From contig JAVECO010000005.1 in the NCBI GenBank assembly GCA_051942205.1, forward strand, positions 62,001 to 126,000: DNA of 64,000 nucleotides, written 5' to 3'. Below are positions 25,943-38,627 of this stretch, in pieces (within the stretch, counting starts at the first letter, position 1; each line of letters begins with the position of its first letter). The stretch is from Coniocarpon cinnabarinum. Lineage: Eukaryota. The notes below the pieces were generated by a model that was given only the letters and a program-made list of their open reading frames with translations, was not told the DNA's origin and searched no databases. Position numbers and translations under genes: made by a program.

Positions 25943-26786
25943 GACGAATCTTTACGGCCGGTGCCGTGCTATTCAGCAGTGAATATGAAGACTCAGACAC
26001 AGATCAAGCATTAAGATACGACTTTGCGGTATGTCACTGACGCAGAGTGATCCTGAGCAGCAGCATTTGGGCGTGCTAAGGCGAGCAGACTAGACACAGG
26101 CAACAGTCGCAGGAGCATCATTTTCATTGTGGCTATCGACGACAATATATACAGGTGAGAACTTTCCGCCGGAAGACAGACACTCGCGCTGGATATCCAA
26201 TGACGAGCGCTCGCGTGTGGAGCGGAAGAGATGAATATGAAGGGCGATTCGGCCTACGTCAGTACAAAACCAAGATAGGTGTCTTGAGGCTCAAACAAGG
26301 TGACGGTAGGGCATCAGCCAATCACCGGGCGCCGCTTGGATGGGGGTCCGTGCACATATCTTGGTCTTGGCGATCAAATCGGACGGGTAGATACCACTAC
26401 CACGGGCTGTCCGGCAGCAATGGTGACATTTCCAGGCCACTGTTTTCTGGTACTCAACGCTGCCACAAGAATTCCATCGAATGCTTCTGCACGCGCCTCG
26501 CGGCAGCATGTGCGCTTCTCAGCGTGACAAGCACGTGTTGAAGGTCCACAAGTCTAGGTAGGTAGTCAGCAAGAGGCTAGTGCAACATCTAACACTAAGG
26601 TATTCCTTCCGTCCTGTGAGCGTCCGGTGCAACATGTGTCTTCCCTCCGGATTCCTTCGGCACGCTGCGAGCAACGCAGCACCAATCGGACAGTCTCGCT
26701 TGATCGTTCTGCATCCCATACCACGCGTCCAGCATCGCAACAATCGCTAGCCAGATCCAACCCACGTCTTCATCTTTCTACAATCA

Positions 26787-28439
26787 ATGTCATTGCGTCC
26801 CCTGGCGCCCGTCGCGTGCCAGCCTCAAGGATCTCCAATCGCGCCGCCACTAGGCATCACCTTTCCCTTCAAACCCGCATCGAGGATCATCCCCAAAGTT
26901 AAGCACATCAGAACCAAGTCCGGTTGTAAAACATGTCGTCAAAGGAAGGTTAAATGCGACGAGGCTCGGCCTTCATGCAAACGCTGCCTCTCCTCAGGCC
27001 GATCCTGTGAAGGTTACCCAGAACCGTTCAACACAGTAGACAGTACCAGTATTAGCTCCATTAGTCAGACCGCCACCAGGACACCTTCACCATTGCAGCT
27101 TAAGCCTAGCTCTGTTCCCACAATCGGAGACTCTTCGCAGGACCTGAGGTTTTTTGGACTTTTTCATGCTTCGACCATTCCCACCATCTCGGGGCACACC
27201 CCTATGAAGACATGGAATCAACTAATCCCACAACTGTGCCTTACCGAACCTGCGATCGCATATACGGGTCTGGCTATCTCAGCGCTCTTTGAGGACGCAG
27301 TAGCCAGACGGCAATTACCGTATGAGAGGAGTCAGACTAGCGCTCCAACGACTGCAGAGCGTTATGCTCTCAAATATTATGTTCGTGCGATACAGGAGGT
27401 ACAGCATCTCCTGCAAAGCGATGATGAGAATCGTCGGTTGGTCGCGCTTGTTGCCAGCATCATGTTCATCTCGCTTGAAGCAATGCGCGGCCAATCTCAA
27501 GCTGCCGTTACCCATATCAGGAGCGCTCTTCGAATTGCATATGCACCCAAACCAGAGATGGATCGACGGAAATCGCAAGAGATTGTGTCGGCAGAGAAAG
27601 ATGGCAAGCAACCCACCGTGGTTGCTGCACCCGCGGATCCAACGCAGGTTGCTCAAGCAGGCCATACTTTGCCCGCTGGATCGGAGTCTCTCCTGATACG
27701 GTCATCGCTTGTTAAGTTGGCCATCCTAATCGGCTCAGCCGAGGAGCAAACCGGCCAACCTTTTCCAGCAGACGCGACAGCCTTACCATCACAGATCGAT
27801 CCATGTCCGTCAAATTTCCACTCGGCAGACGAGGCAAGGGGCATGCTATTCAGCTTGCTCACTGCGACCCGTTCCGTCGTCTTTGGTCATGAGCAAAGTG
27901 TGAGGAATGGGCAAGATTCTGCGACGGACGAGGCATTAGAGCGTTGCGTCTTCGTAGACACACAGCTCCATCGCTGGTCTGCTGCTTTGCACAGATTTCT
28001 CCACCGCAGGGAGCAGGGAAACAGCAAGGATCCCAGCAATTTTCCTGAACCGAGCGAGATCGTCCTTTGGCAGGCATGGTGCAAGTACGCATCTGTCCGC
28101 ATATCTGGAGCTTTCCTCCCCTCGAAAGCTTCCTTGAATGCTTTGACGCCAGACATGGAGGCCCTTTTGCATCTCTGCGAGCGATGCCTCAATCTCCATA
28201 TAGAGCAACACGCTCGTCGTCTGAGATACACGGAAAAGCGTGCTCCCATCTTCGTGATGGATCTTGGCGTCCTTGCAATTCTGTGGTATGTTGGTCAGAA
28301 GGCCACGAGTAGACATGTGCGACTGGAGGCGCTCCGCTTGGTGGGTCGGGCTCCTCGGCGTGAATCCCTTTGGGACGCTGAAACTGTCAGAAATGCTATT
28401 AATGAGAGCATGCAGAAAGATCCACCACTCTTCGAGTAG
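26787..28439 (+). CDS. Zn(II)2Cys6 transcription factor
   Basis: RTKSGCKTCRQRKVKCDEARPSCKRCLSSGRSCEGY, a fungal TF middle region, and C-terminal PRRESLWDA. Confidence 0.92.
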   Translation: MSLRPLAPVACQPQGSPIAPPLGITFPFKPASRIIPKVKHIRTKSGCKTCRQRKVKCDEARPSCKRCLSSGRSCEGYPEPFNTVDSTSISSISQTATRTPSPLQLKPSSVPTIGDSSQDLRFFGLFHASTIPTISGHTPMKTWNQLIPQLCLTEPAIAYTGLAISALFEDAVARRQLPYERSQTSAPTTAERYALKYYVRAIQEVQHLLQSDDENRRLVALVASIMFISLEAMRGQSQAAVTHIRSALRIAYAPKPEMDRRKSQEIVSAEKDGKQPTVVAAPADPTQVAQAGHTLPAGSESLLIRSSLVKLAILIGSAEEQTGQPFPADATALPSQIDPCPSNFHSADEARGMLFSLLTATRSVVFGHEQSVRNGQDSATDEALERCVFVDTQLHRWSAALHRFLHRREQGNSKDPSNFPEPSEIVLWQAWCKYASVRISGAFLPSKASLNALTPDMEALLHLCERCLNLHIEQHARRLRYTEKRAPIFVMDLGVLAILWYVGQKATSRHVRLEALRLVGRAPRRESLWDAETVRNAINESMQKDPPLFE

Positions 28440-29930
28440 ATTTGACAGATGTTGATCCATTGAGCATGCAACCGCCGTACATCGAAATCTTTTGGGCCAG
28501 AATAACTGGCCGAACACGAAAATCATGACTGGATCCCACCATTGCGTATACATCACCGATTGGTGTAGAAGTTAGAGTCAGCACTGAAAGGAGCTTGGGA
28601 GCAATCATCGCTGGCACCGCGTGGGCAGCTGAGGGTGCATGTGGTCTCTGCACTCGTCACGAAGACCAGCAAAGCCCTCAGGGTAATCATGATGAACACC
28701 ATAGTCTTGATATGGCACCTGACGGGGTCTAATAGTGAACCTCCTAATTGTAAGCACGAAAGGAGGGTCGGGACAATGAATTGACATGAAACACAGAGAT
28801 GCGGTGTCCATTAAAGTACGCCTGGTCGCAAGCCACCTCGATCAAACATTGGATTTCAACAGCTTGTCTTACACGCGGCAGTCCATCTTGCGAAACTATA
28901 GACTCTAGGGGGCGATTTTGCAAAGGGTAGCACTTCGACATCAACCTTGTGCTGAAGATCTTACTCATCCGGTCTTCAAGGTTACGGCTCCAATACAAAT
29001 AAAGACAGTACCACGACGACGCCATGTGAAGATAAAGATTAATAGACATCGAGTGAAATCTTGTGCCTTGATAATTAGGCTGTTAGCGCTTTGCTAAATA
29101 TAGTCGATATCAATCGCCGCACGTGATTGTCGCGGTGAGAAGTCTTAACGCTTCCAGCTTTTGACCTGATTCGGTGCGGAAGGAATCCTCTCCAGATCGG
29201 CTTTCATTCCCTGTCTTATCTTAACGATTCTTACAGATACATTCGTGGCATTCCGGACTATCACACGCGCCGAGGGTACCGAGCCTTGCCTGCATGACTA
29301 AGAACGACGTCGTAGCGCTGGCTGACCGTTGAAGGTCCAGCCTTGCTCTTTGTCGATCGCGTATATTGCCCAAGCGCGAGATACTTACAGTACAGTATGG
29401 AAACATCGCAGAGTCCACGTGCCAGACTACATGTCGGCTTTGCGCAAAGCACGACAAATGCGTGCGATAGTCATTTATTCGATCATATATTTCCGCCCAT
29501 TGGTAGCCATCTCCAGCCAAACACAGCAGACCGGACCGTCGGCTGCAGCCATCATGCAGGTTAAGCGAGAGTCTACTGCTGGCCAGTGCTTCTACGCGAG
29601 ATGACTATGGATTTTGCGGACGACTCTGGATGCCTTTTGGACGCAATTGGCCGGTGTTCTCTTGACCACTGCTGATGTAGGCCTGACTCTGTTGATGCTA
29701 TACCGGTTTCGACCTTCTGGAGCTGGTTTATCTGCCCTGGTCGACATGCGTTGGTTGCTGCTGCTGCGAGGATGCTCTCAGCTCAGCCTTGCTGCACAAT
29801 GTCTCCGTGTCTGGTTGTGCAAACGCAGCCTCGACTCTTTGCGGCTTGAAATCCTTGGCATATAAGATCCGACCCCGCGCGATTGGGTTTTGTTCTTGAG
29901 CGAAGCCCCCGTACCCGCTGCGAATTGAAC

Positions 29931-32411
29931 ATGTCCTCAACTGGGACTAATAGTCACGGCCTTGCCATTCGGCTTGGACCATGGATCAATTGGGAAAAGG
30001 GCCCTATATGGGGCTCACAAGTCACCCTTTCAAGTCTCAACGCACAAATTTTGGCCTCTTTCCTGGGTATCTTTGTGACCCTTGTCGGCGTGCAACTGTG
30101 GCAGATCATCAGTTTCGTCATTCACCAACTGCGTTCCCGCGACGGATCGTAAGTGAATCATGTCTTGCCGTCTGACCTGTGCACTAACAACTTACGCTCA
30201 GATCTGATGGTATGGGTCTAGCACAATCAATGAATCGGCACTACATTGACAGTCAGTGTTAGCTCTTCATCAACAACTTCAGGTCGTTCTCAGGAACACC
30301 TCCTCTCCTTGGGGGGCGGCGAAGGGTTTCATTGAACAGCTTTGGGCCTGGCGTCAGCACGCAGCGAGGTCACTGCTTCGGACAGTGCCATGGGTGGTCA
30401 TTGCAATGGTGTACGCCGTTGGGTTTGCCATCATATCAGTTTTCACGGCATCCGAGATTGTGAAAGCTCCTGGCAACGCACGCTTGATGAAGAGCGAGAA
30501 CTGCGGCCTCTTCAACCAGTCCAGACACGACGTGCTCACCACCGACCACTGGGGACGCGACCGACTTCAAGACGCCTTTGCGGCAGCGCAATACGCACGT
30601 TCTTGTTGTCCCGGCAATGACACAACTTCGACAGTCACGTGCGACAATTACGCTCAGCCGTTTCTTCCATTTACTACAACTCATGTGGATTGCCCTTTCC
30701 AACCTTCAGGTGAGTCGCATGCTCTCCTCACGAGCAAAGTCTTTCCCAGACCTTTAGGAGACAACACGTAGCAGAATTGAGCGTGCTAGAAGTTTGATGC
30801 CTACCAAGACGCTCTTCAGATTGGACATCTCTGATTAGTGGTCTACAGAATGTCGTGACAACAACCGTACATCGTTTCAGCTGGACACTGGACTGTTGGA
30901 CTCCCACGTACACTTGGGCATCAATTCACCCAAGAAGGAGCGCATTCAGTTTCGCAAGTAGGTCTTCTGTCGAGTCTCTTAGGTTAAATACCTGCCCCAG
31001 GTTCCCTGCTCACATAATGTGACAAATAGGGTCGTAACGTGCGCGCCGGTTCACACTGCGCCGTATGTTACCTACTACAATGTAACAGATGAAAACTCCA
31101 GTCCGTATGGTGGAGCAAATGGCGATAGAATCGTTATAGTCGACATGGGCCCTCTATCAAATCTCAACTACACCTACGACTATAACACACATCGATTGAT
31201 TGACAGCATCGACTATGTTAGTGTTGCATCTGCTGTACGAATTGTGCTATTGGCGGCATCGACGACTAATATACGCTCGTAGACGCTGCAAACCACTATG
31301 TCATTCCTTGGCCAAGACGCGCTCTGGACCCCTGTGCCTGCGCTCAATCGTACTGATGCAGATGTTTCGCTCGTAGCACTGGCAGCCAACTCGATCGGAT
31401 ATTTGACGCCTTGCGACGACCCAATCTTTGGCGCGCACGACTATCACCATCTCGTCACCGATGATGGCGAAAGCAATGACTTCTGGGATCCGGATCAAAT
31501 CCTAACCAGTATGGCTTGTGCTGAGCAATTTCAGTACTGCAATCCAACCAACGGTCGATGTACAGACCTGACCGGAATTTTTGAGGCCGGTACACAGTCT
31601 TACGGCCTGGGCGTCAGTACTGCTCAGGCTCATGCCTTGCTACGCGTCGGCGACGCAACTTTGTACTCGAACATTTTCCAATCTATCAACGGTCGTGGGG
31701 CCTCCGCTTTGCTTGCGTCAAGTCTGGTCAATAACCTGCAGTCATATTACCTTCCACCCAATCAATGGGAGCTTGAAATAGCAGGATGGTATACTACGGC
31801 ATTGGCCAGACTGCAGATGGACATTCAGTCGTATGCTTCTCGATCTTCAAGCGACAACATTACTGCACCAGCATCAAATGACAGGATCGGTCAGCGAATG
31901 TGTCACAACCAAATGACGAAAAAGTAAGCCTCCAATCAATTTTCGAAGTCCTTACAATTACTAACGACACTGCAGCACACTGGGCACTGTATCCTTTTCG
32001 CTTCTAGGTCTTGCGTTCGTAATTTGCCTGGGATTCGTGATTGTCGTCCTCGGCTTCCTCATCGAACCCATTACGAGCTTCGTCCAGCGCCGAACCGGCT
32101 GGGGTCTCCAACGCTATCACGACTGGGTGCTCAATGACAAGCTTCAGCTTCACCGCATGGCACTCGAAGCACGTGGAGTTGGCCCATGGGCCAAGACCAG
32201 TGAGCGCGTGCCAGTCACTGAGAGAGGGGTGAGCTTTCGTGGCTGGGGCAAAGAGGACCTCGAAGATGGGACTGTGACTTCGGAAGACGTCGACCACTCA
32301 CAGCCAGAAGAGACGATGGGCTCTGCTGAAACCAAACCATTCATGGCGAGCGAAGCTCAGGAGACTCGTTACTACCATGCGCCGACTCTCAAGGTTGAGG
32401 AAGTCCGCTGA
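29931..32411 (+). CDS. Multi-exon fungal membrane glycoprotein of unknown function
   Basis: Spliced reading gives GPWINWEKGPIWGSQVTL, DALHQQLQVVLRN, DTGLLDSHVHLGIN...RKVVTCAP, LNRTDADVSL, CAEQFQYCNP, LPPNQWELE and a C-terminal TM segment. About 6 canonical introns. Confidence 0.8.
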
Positions 32412-32966
32412 GCAAGCTCGGGCGACATATGTTCTCCACTATGCAAGCAACTTCTTCGCTTCTGATAGGTTGATTCGGCTTGGCGTTGCGTTCATGCCGT
32501 GAGATGGTATCTGATATCGATAGAGGTCATGAGCGAAGACTTGAATAGACGATCACGAAGGACATGCTGTTACATTCCTCTCCCTGAGATATCCTAATTC
32601 ATGGTTTCCTCCGGGCCTTTTGGTTCTTCTTTCTCACTAGGTGTTCATTATTGAGGTGTCTCTGGGCTCAAACCTATGCATGTTACTGCAGGCTCTCTGC
32701 GATCGTCGTCTCGTTAAAGCCGCATGAGCGCTTTTCCGCTAGATTCTTGTCTGTTGTACAGATCTAAGTACCAGTGGCCCATGTAATGATAGGGAGAAAT
32801 TCGTGTATTGCTTGGCGCGGAGCTGTTATCTTGGCGCGGCTCACACGCAGCCTGCCTGCTCACGCTGTCACGCCTGCCACTTTCAATCGCGATTCCTATC
32901 CTATTCACTGCTCCACGCTCGTCAACACTTCTACGAAATTACCCTTGATCGGCGACGCCAGACACC

Positions 32967-33730
32967 ATGACGGGCGAGGCGTGGCTGTACCTCTTCTCGG
33001 TGCTGCTCAATGCAGTCAACCTCTTCCTACAGGTCTTCTTTACGATTATGTACAGTGATCTCGAATGGTATGTGGTGTCCGCGCCAGTAATACGAAATTC
33101 AAACTATTCTGCGAAGTTGTCTGCTTGCATTCGTCTAAACAGCGGGCTCGAATGCTGCTCAGTTATGGCTACAGCCATCCAAGTATCGCGCATATTGCGG
33201 AAGCTAGACGCTGACAAACTCCTCACAGCGACTACATAAATCCTATAGACCTCTGCAACCGCCTTAACAACTACATCGTCCCCGAAGCCGCGATACATGG
33301 ATTCCTCACGGCGCTCTTCCTTATCAATGGCTACTGGTTGGCGCTGATCCTAAACCTGCCCATGGCTGCGTGGAACGCGAAAAAGTACGTTCGAGACCTC
33401 TGAGCGCAGGCATAGAAGAAATCAAGAGCATTAACACCTTCTGCGCAGAATATATGAGAATCAACATTTGCTCGACGCGACCGAGATATTCAGAAAATTG
33501 AATGTGCACAAGAGGGTATGTGAGATTATCGAGGACGCTCGTGAAGAGGCGGGTGACCGCAAGGCGGCACGGCTGATTATGCACAGGAGTCTTTCATCAA
33601 GCTCGGTTTTCACTTGGTCATGTTCTTCTTCTATCTCTACAGGTACGATGATATACATCACATCCAGGCAACGACGCAGACTGACGCACGTGCCAGCATG
33701 ATTGTTGCCCTTATCCGCGAGCAAGACTAA
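32967..33730 (+). CDS. ERV14: Cornichon / ER-derived vesicle cargo receptor (5 introns)
   Basis: [47 protein letters not shown]...[42 protein letters not shown]. Confidence 0.95.
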
Positions 33731-34098
33731 AGTACACGAGCAATAACTTTGTATTCCAAAGCCTGCGCAAATGAACCTGGAATGCCACATTGCATTGAGA
33801 CGGCTGGGTGTTGAAGAACAGCCGTTAGGTGGGCTCGAGCTGGCCACCAATCGGCTTCGAGAAGAGGTATACCGACGACACACGAGAATCTTGGGGTCGC
33901 TCACTTGGTTGACGAGCAATGAGATGCAGTATTGTATAGAAACTTACGTCACTTCGAAGCGAGGCTAGACGCGACTCCACGTCGAAGAATGAATATGAAC
34001 AGACCCTGCCGAGTGCTCCAATCTTCACGTGAAAATTCCTCGACTACGAATCTACTGCATAGACAAACAAACCGTTGACCATAATCCGCATTTCCATT

Positions 34099-35547
34099 AT
34101 GGCTCTCGCACGTCTAGACAAAACTTCAACGTCCGGCAAAGTCCCCACAGGCTGCGCCGACGAAATCGTCATAAGCGACAGCACCTTCCGCGCCCATCAC
34201 CGCTCCTACGAACGCAACGCCGAACATCCCTCCAAAAAGCGCAAACGCGAGTCGCGAGGCGACAGCAGCGTCCTTTTCGGCGCCAACGCCTACAAAGGCC
34301 CCTGGGCGCGCTACGAAGAGCGTCGTCCGGACGTCGCGCCCGAAGATGCCAATGACGTCGACGCCGAAGACGTGGAAGAGGTCGAAGAAGTCAGCGAGTA
34401 TGAAGAAGATGCTTTACCGTCGCATTCGCTTGTGAAACCCTCCAAGACGGGGACCGCGTACGGAGAGGATGTCACGGTGAAGGAGTCAAGCGAATTCCTG
34501 GGGAAGCAGGAGTTTGACTACCAGGGCCGGAGTTATATGCATGTTCCTCAAGACTTGGATCTCAATTTGACGGGTGCACTACCGCATTATAGTGAGCTCA
34601 AGAATTATCATCCTAAGAAATTGGTGCATACGTGGAAACATCCGAGTCAGGGGAATAAGGCGCACACGCGCTCCATCACTCAGACGCGCTTCTTCCCCTC
34701 GTCCGGACATCTCCTCCTCAGTGCCGGCGCCGATGGCAAGGTGCTCCTCTGGGACGTATATCACGACCGCGACCTTTTGCGCTCGTACACAGGCCACGCC
34801 AAATCCGTAAGCGACATCGACTTCACGCCCGACGGGACCAACTTCCTCTCCGCATCCTACGACCGGCACATCAAAGCCTGGGACACCGAGACAGGGAAAT
34901 GCACCTCGCGCTTCAACCTCCCAGGAACGCCGCACGTCCTCCGCGTCAACCCCTCCAGCCCCACCGAATTCATCACCGGCCTCTCCAACAAAAAGATCCT
35001 CCAGTTCGATACCCGTGTCGCGGATGGCAAACCCACCCAAGAATACGACCACCATCTCGGTCCCGTGAATACTCTGACATTCTGCGACGACTCCCGCCGC
35101 TTTATCTCAACATCCGATGACAAATCGCTCCGCGCGTGGGAATACGGCATCCCCGTGCCCATAAAATTCATAGCAGAGCCCCACATGTACCCGCTCGTCC
35201 GCGCCAGCCCGCATCCCAGCGGGAAATACGTCGCCTTCCAGAGCAGCGACAACCAGATCGTCGTCTACGGGAGCAGCGACAAGTTCCGGCAAAACCGCAA
35301 AAAGGGGTTCCGAGGCCATAACAACGCGGGATACGCGATTGATGTGGCGATTTCGCCGGATGGCGGCATGATTGCGAGTGGCGATAGCGCGGGGCTGGTT
35401 TGCTTCTGGGATTGGAAGACTTGTCGGATGTGGCATAAGATTGAGGCCAGCAAAGAGGGGGCGGTGGTGAGTGTGGGGTGGCATCCGCGCGAGAGTAGTA
35501 AAGTCGTGACGGGGGACGTGGCAGGCAATTTGAAGTACTGGGATTGA
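34099..35547 (+). CDS. PRP17: Pre-mRNA splicing factor Prp17/Cdc40 (WD40)
   Basis: YKGPWA, DYQGRSYMHVP, seven WD repeats including QEYDHHLGPVN, and a C-terminal LKYWD. Confidence 0.95.
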   Translation: MALARLDKTSTSGKVPTGCADEIVISDSTFRAHHRSYERNAEHPSKKRKRESRGDSSVLFGANAYKGPWARYEERRPDVAPEDANDVDAEDVEEVEEVSEYEEDALPSHSLVKPSKTGTAYGEDVTVKESSEFLGKQEFDYQGRSYMHVPQDLDLNLTGALPHYSELKNYHPKKLVHTWKHPSQGNKAHTRSITQTRFFPSSGHLLLSAGADGKVLLWDVYHDRDLLRSYTGHAKSVSDIDFTPDGTNFLSASYDRHIKAWDTETGKCTSRFNLPGTPHVLRVNPSSPTEFITGLSNKKILQFDTRVADGKPTQEYDHHLGPVNTLTFCDDSRRFISTSDDKSLRAWEYGIPVPIKFIAEPHMYPLVRASPHPSGKYVAFQSSDNQIVVYGSSDKFRQNRKKGFRGHNNAGYAIDVAISPDGGMIASGDSAGLVCFWDWKTCRMWHKIEASKEGAVVSVGWHPRESSKVVTGDVAGNLKYWD

Positions 35548-36173
35548 GCGGTGGAAAGCTGGTGGAGACATGCTTGGGCAAAAGAGGATCAGAGTGGTCA
35601 AAGGAACTTTGGACATTCCTTGTATACGAGTAAGAACATATTTGTAACGTTGCCGTACGACCATCCTGATGTCTGGAAATTCCTATTTACGCCTATGTGA
35701 GATGCCCATCTTTGTTATCTTAAGCTGACCTCCACATTCTATACTCATCTCTATAACCGTCCTCGTCTTATCCGAAAGTAGAATCTTGCCTTCTACCATG
35801 TTATACTAACCAATACAGCCGGAATCCAAAGCCATGATCGTCTGAACCGGCTTTACTCATCCATCAAAACCTCGTGTGTGGTGAATAGGGAAGCCCTCCC
35901 AAGGTTTTCGTCTGCTCCGGCAAATCCTATTGAAGAGCTCCAGCAACACAAAGCTTCACTATTCATATCAATCATCCATGTCTGAGCTTCCATGCTGGGG
36001 CAGTATTGCAATGATAGCTCCATAAAAGAAGTGTCGGCGCCACACTACATGCGTGGCCCTCCCACGATGCCGATTCATGTAGTCTTCTGGTATCACACAG
36101 GGCCTATCAGAGCATCTAGCTTGGCTTCTATGAGGTCTAAATTGGTTGTTGCTACCGCTGCCTCGGTGCTTCG

Positions 36174-37870
36174 TCATAAACTGACAGCTCTTAGTAGAGC
36201 CAGTTCTGAAGCTACTCCAATGTTAGCTCTCGTGATTGCTGCGAGCAACTTCGATGAGTCGTTCTCTGAAGCCATCAAATTGCTGGCCCTGAACCTCACT
36301 GCGACTCTCAGACTCCGAATGGAAGGAGACAGTAACTTAGAAGTAATGCTGTTGGCTGCTGCAACGTCGTTCCTGTGCTCTGCGGTCTGAACACGTTTGG
36401 AGCTTGGAGCGATGACTCGGACACGTTTGAAGTACCTGGGCTCATCTGCGTCTTCAGTTGCATGGTATGAGCGCTTCCGTGGGCCTGATTATGCCGTCTT
36501 GGCTGGAGCTGAAAGAGGCCTTGGTTGCTGTGCTTCTATAAGTTTGGGGAGCTCCTGACCTCGGCCTATAAGCTTGTAATAGAGTCCACACCGAGTACTG
36601 CACGGCTTGAATCAGTGGGAAACTCTTTGTGATGCGCGCCTTGCGTAACCTACCAGCTATTCGTCGCATCGTCGTCATGAACGATACGACGTTGTGGCTT
36701 ATTATGACAGCCAGGACAATCGAAAGACCGCTCTGCGCGCTTGAAAATGATATCCATATTAAGACGCTGACCAGAAGCTACGGCACCGTCCCAAGGTCTG
36801 ACTCGCTGCACGTCTTCGCTGGTCTTGTCATCTTGCAGCTCAAATTCTCTTGCAATGACCTTGCGGTGCCCTGGTAGGTTACGGAACCGGATCTGGAAGA
36901 TGAGTTGCATCAGCAACAGAACGAAGGCCAAGGTTCTACACACTGTACTTGGGGGAATGAGTAACGAACCCCAAGTACTGCATAAAAAGCCTTCCACGAG
37001 GTGATGAATTGCAAGTGAATAGGCATTCGCCGGCCTAGGGGATCCGTGAGCAAGAGAGGGGCATCCATGAGAAGCACTTCGGAGCGCAGCCATGACATTT
37101 TGGCATTGATGGATAAGACTGATGTATAGGTCTGAAAGGTCGCAGCTTGCACACTAGTCATCATAACAATGAGCTTCGAACCAAACGCCTGAAGTCGGTC
37201 AATTCGACAAAGTGCGAGCACCTGTTGCGTAAGACGCCTTGTGTCTTCCGACATGCTGACCAGACCGTTAAGCCGGGTGACGACTTTGCTGAGTAAACCA
37301 CCCTGCTCCTTGTGAAAGGCTCGAGCAAGCGCATTAGCAGCGGCGCTATTTTCCTGGGTCTTGGTCCCGTGACAGTCGACCATAGCACTGCAATGTCAGC
37401 CCATATGGAATTGGCATGGTCTTCTTTACTCACATACAAAAATCGATCTGCAGTATCTGAAGCGAGTGGCAATGAGCTGCTATGTCGGCATAGAACTTGT
37501 CAACTTCATCGTTCCTTAGCAGCCGCCACTTGACTTTGCATGCAGCGTCTTTGAATACGTTGCCAGACCCGCCGGGCTTTAGATACTTTTGATGTTCTCT
37601 GACGCGGGCAAGAAAGGGCTCTGCAGAGCTGCGACATGCATTCGCGGCTTGCTGCACCGCAATGCAGAGTGCGTTGAAATGAGGCGAGGCTTCATGCTTT
37701 CGAGTAAGGACCTCGACCTCTAGAAATGCCTTCTCGAGCGACCGCAATTGGTTAGCAAGTCGTTGAAAACTGTGTGTAGAACCATGACAGTCATCGAGAG
37801 CTTTGACGAGGTCTTTGATCAACAATACCAAGGTGATGATGTCGCCAACGCTGCCAAAGGTGATAGCCAT
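36174..37870 (-). pseudogene. STAND-N (HeLo-like) plus ubiquitin-like domain plus CxxC..CxxC protein, with an in-frame TAA at 36489-36491
   Basis: N-terminus MAITFGSVGDII...KALDDCHGS, then DPLGRRMPIHLQFITSW...RF...GHRKV...GQRLNMDIIF, and CPGC..CTRCG, across 3 canonical introns. The frame continues past the TAA to EPRYFKRVRV and a TGA at 36174. It may instead be an intact shorter gene ending at 36489. Confidence 0.65.
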
Positions 37871-38627
37871 CATGCCAATGAAGGCAATGCATCAAAGCTC
37901 AAGACGGTCTGGCAGTGAAGATAAAGCGCTCAGACATCTGCCTGAGCAGCGGAGCGCGAACCGATCAGCTAGTGGCTGTGCTAGCTGTCCCTGCAGCATG
38001 CAAGGTCTCAAACACTGAACACTTGGACTCGGAGGACCTACACTCATCTTAGATTTGACACAAACCTGCGGTGCATTCTGACCTCTGTTCTTGTGCTAAG
38101 CTATCCGTAGCATCTTACCTGACACTGAAGGAAACCTAGTTTTGATGAGACTGAGGTCGCGTTCGAGCTGTGACATCTTCTCGTTAGTTCCTACGCAAGG
38201 ACTGTGATGGTAGCTTTGGCGACGTGAGCGGGCAGAAGAGAGGATAGCGAAGGCTGCGACAAGCCACAGGAGCTCCATCCTACTGGATTGGCTGAGTATG
38301 GGGCGCTCTTGCTGTTTGGACGTGCGACAAGGTGTCAGCAGCATGAAACACGCTGGATCGCACTTGCATTTAACATTCGGGAAGGGGCGGCTCGTGCCAG
38401 AATGAATGGTCAGGGCCGGCGTAGGGCTCTTGTGGTCTTGTAAAACGCATAGGTTCTAAATCCCTACTTTGCTCAGTAGACACATGACGTATTGATGTAG
38501 TTCGTTCATACCAGATTTTGGCTGTTCAACATACAACAAATGAAAAGCTTGTCCTTTACCGTGACCTCAACACCGTTGCCAAATGCACTGTGCAAGAAGA
38601 TGACCTCAGCACGTCAGCAAACCCGCA

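Noticed and set aside
38096..38344. Short ORF with a hydrophobic segment (MELLWLVAAFAILSS)
   Set aside because: No other support; compatible with chance.
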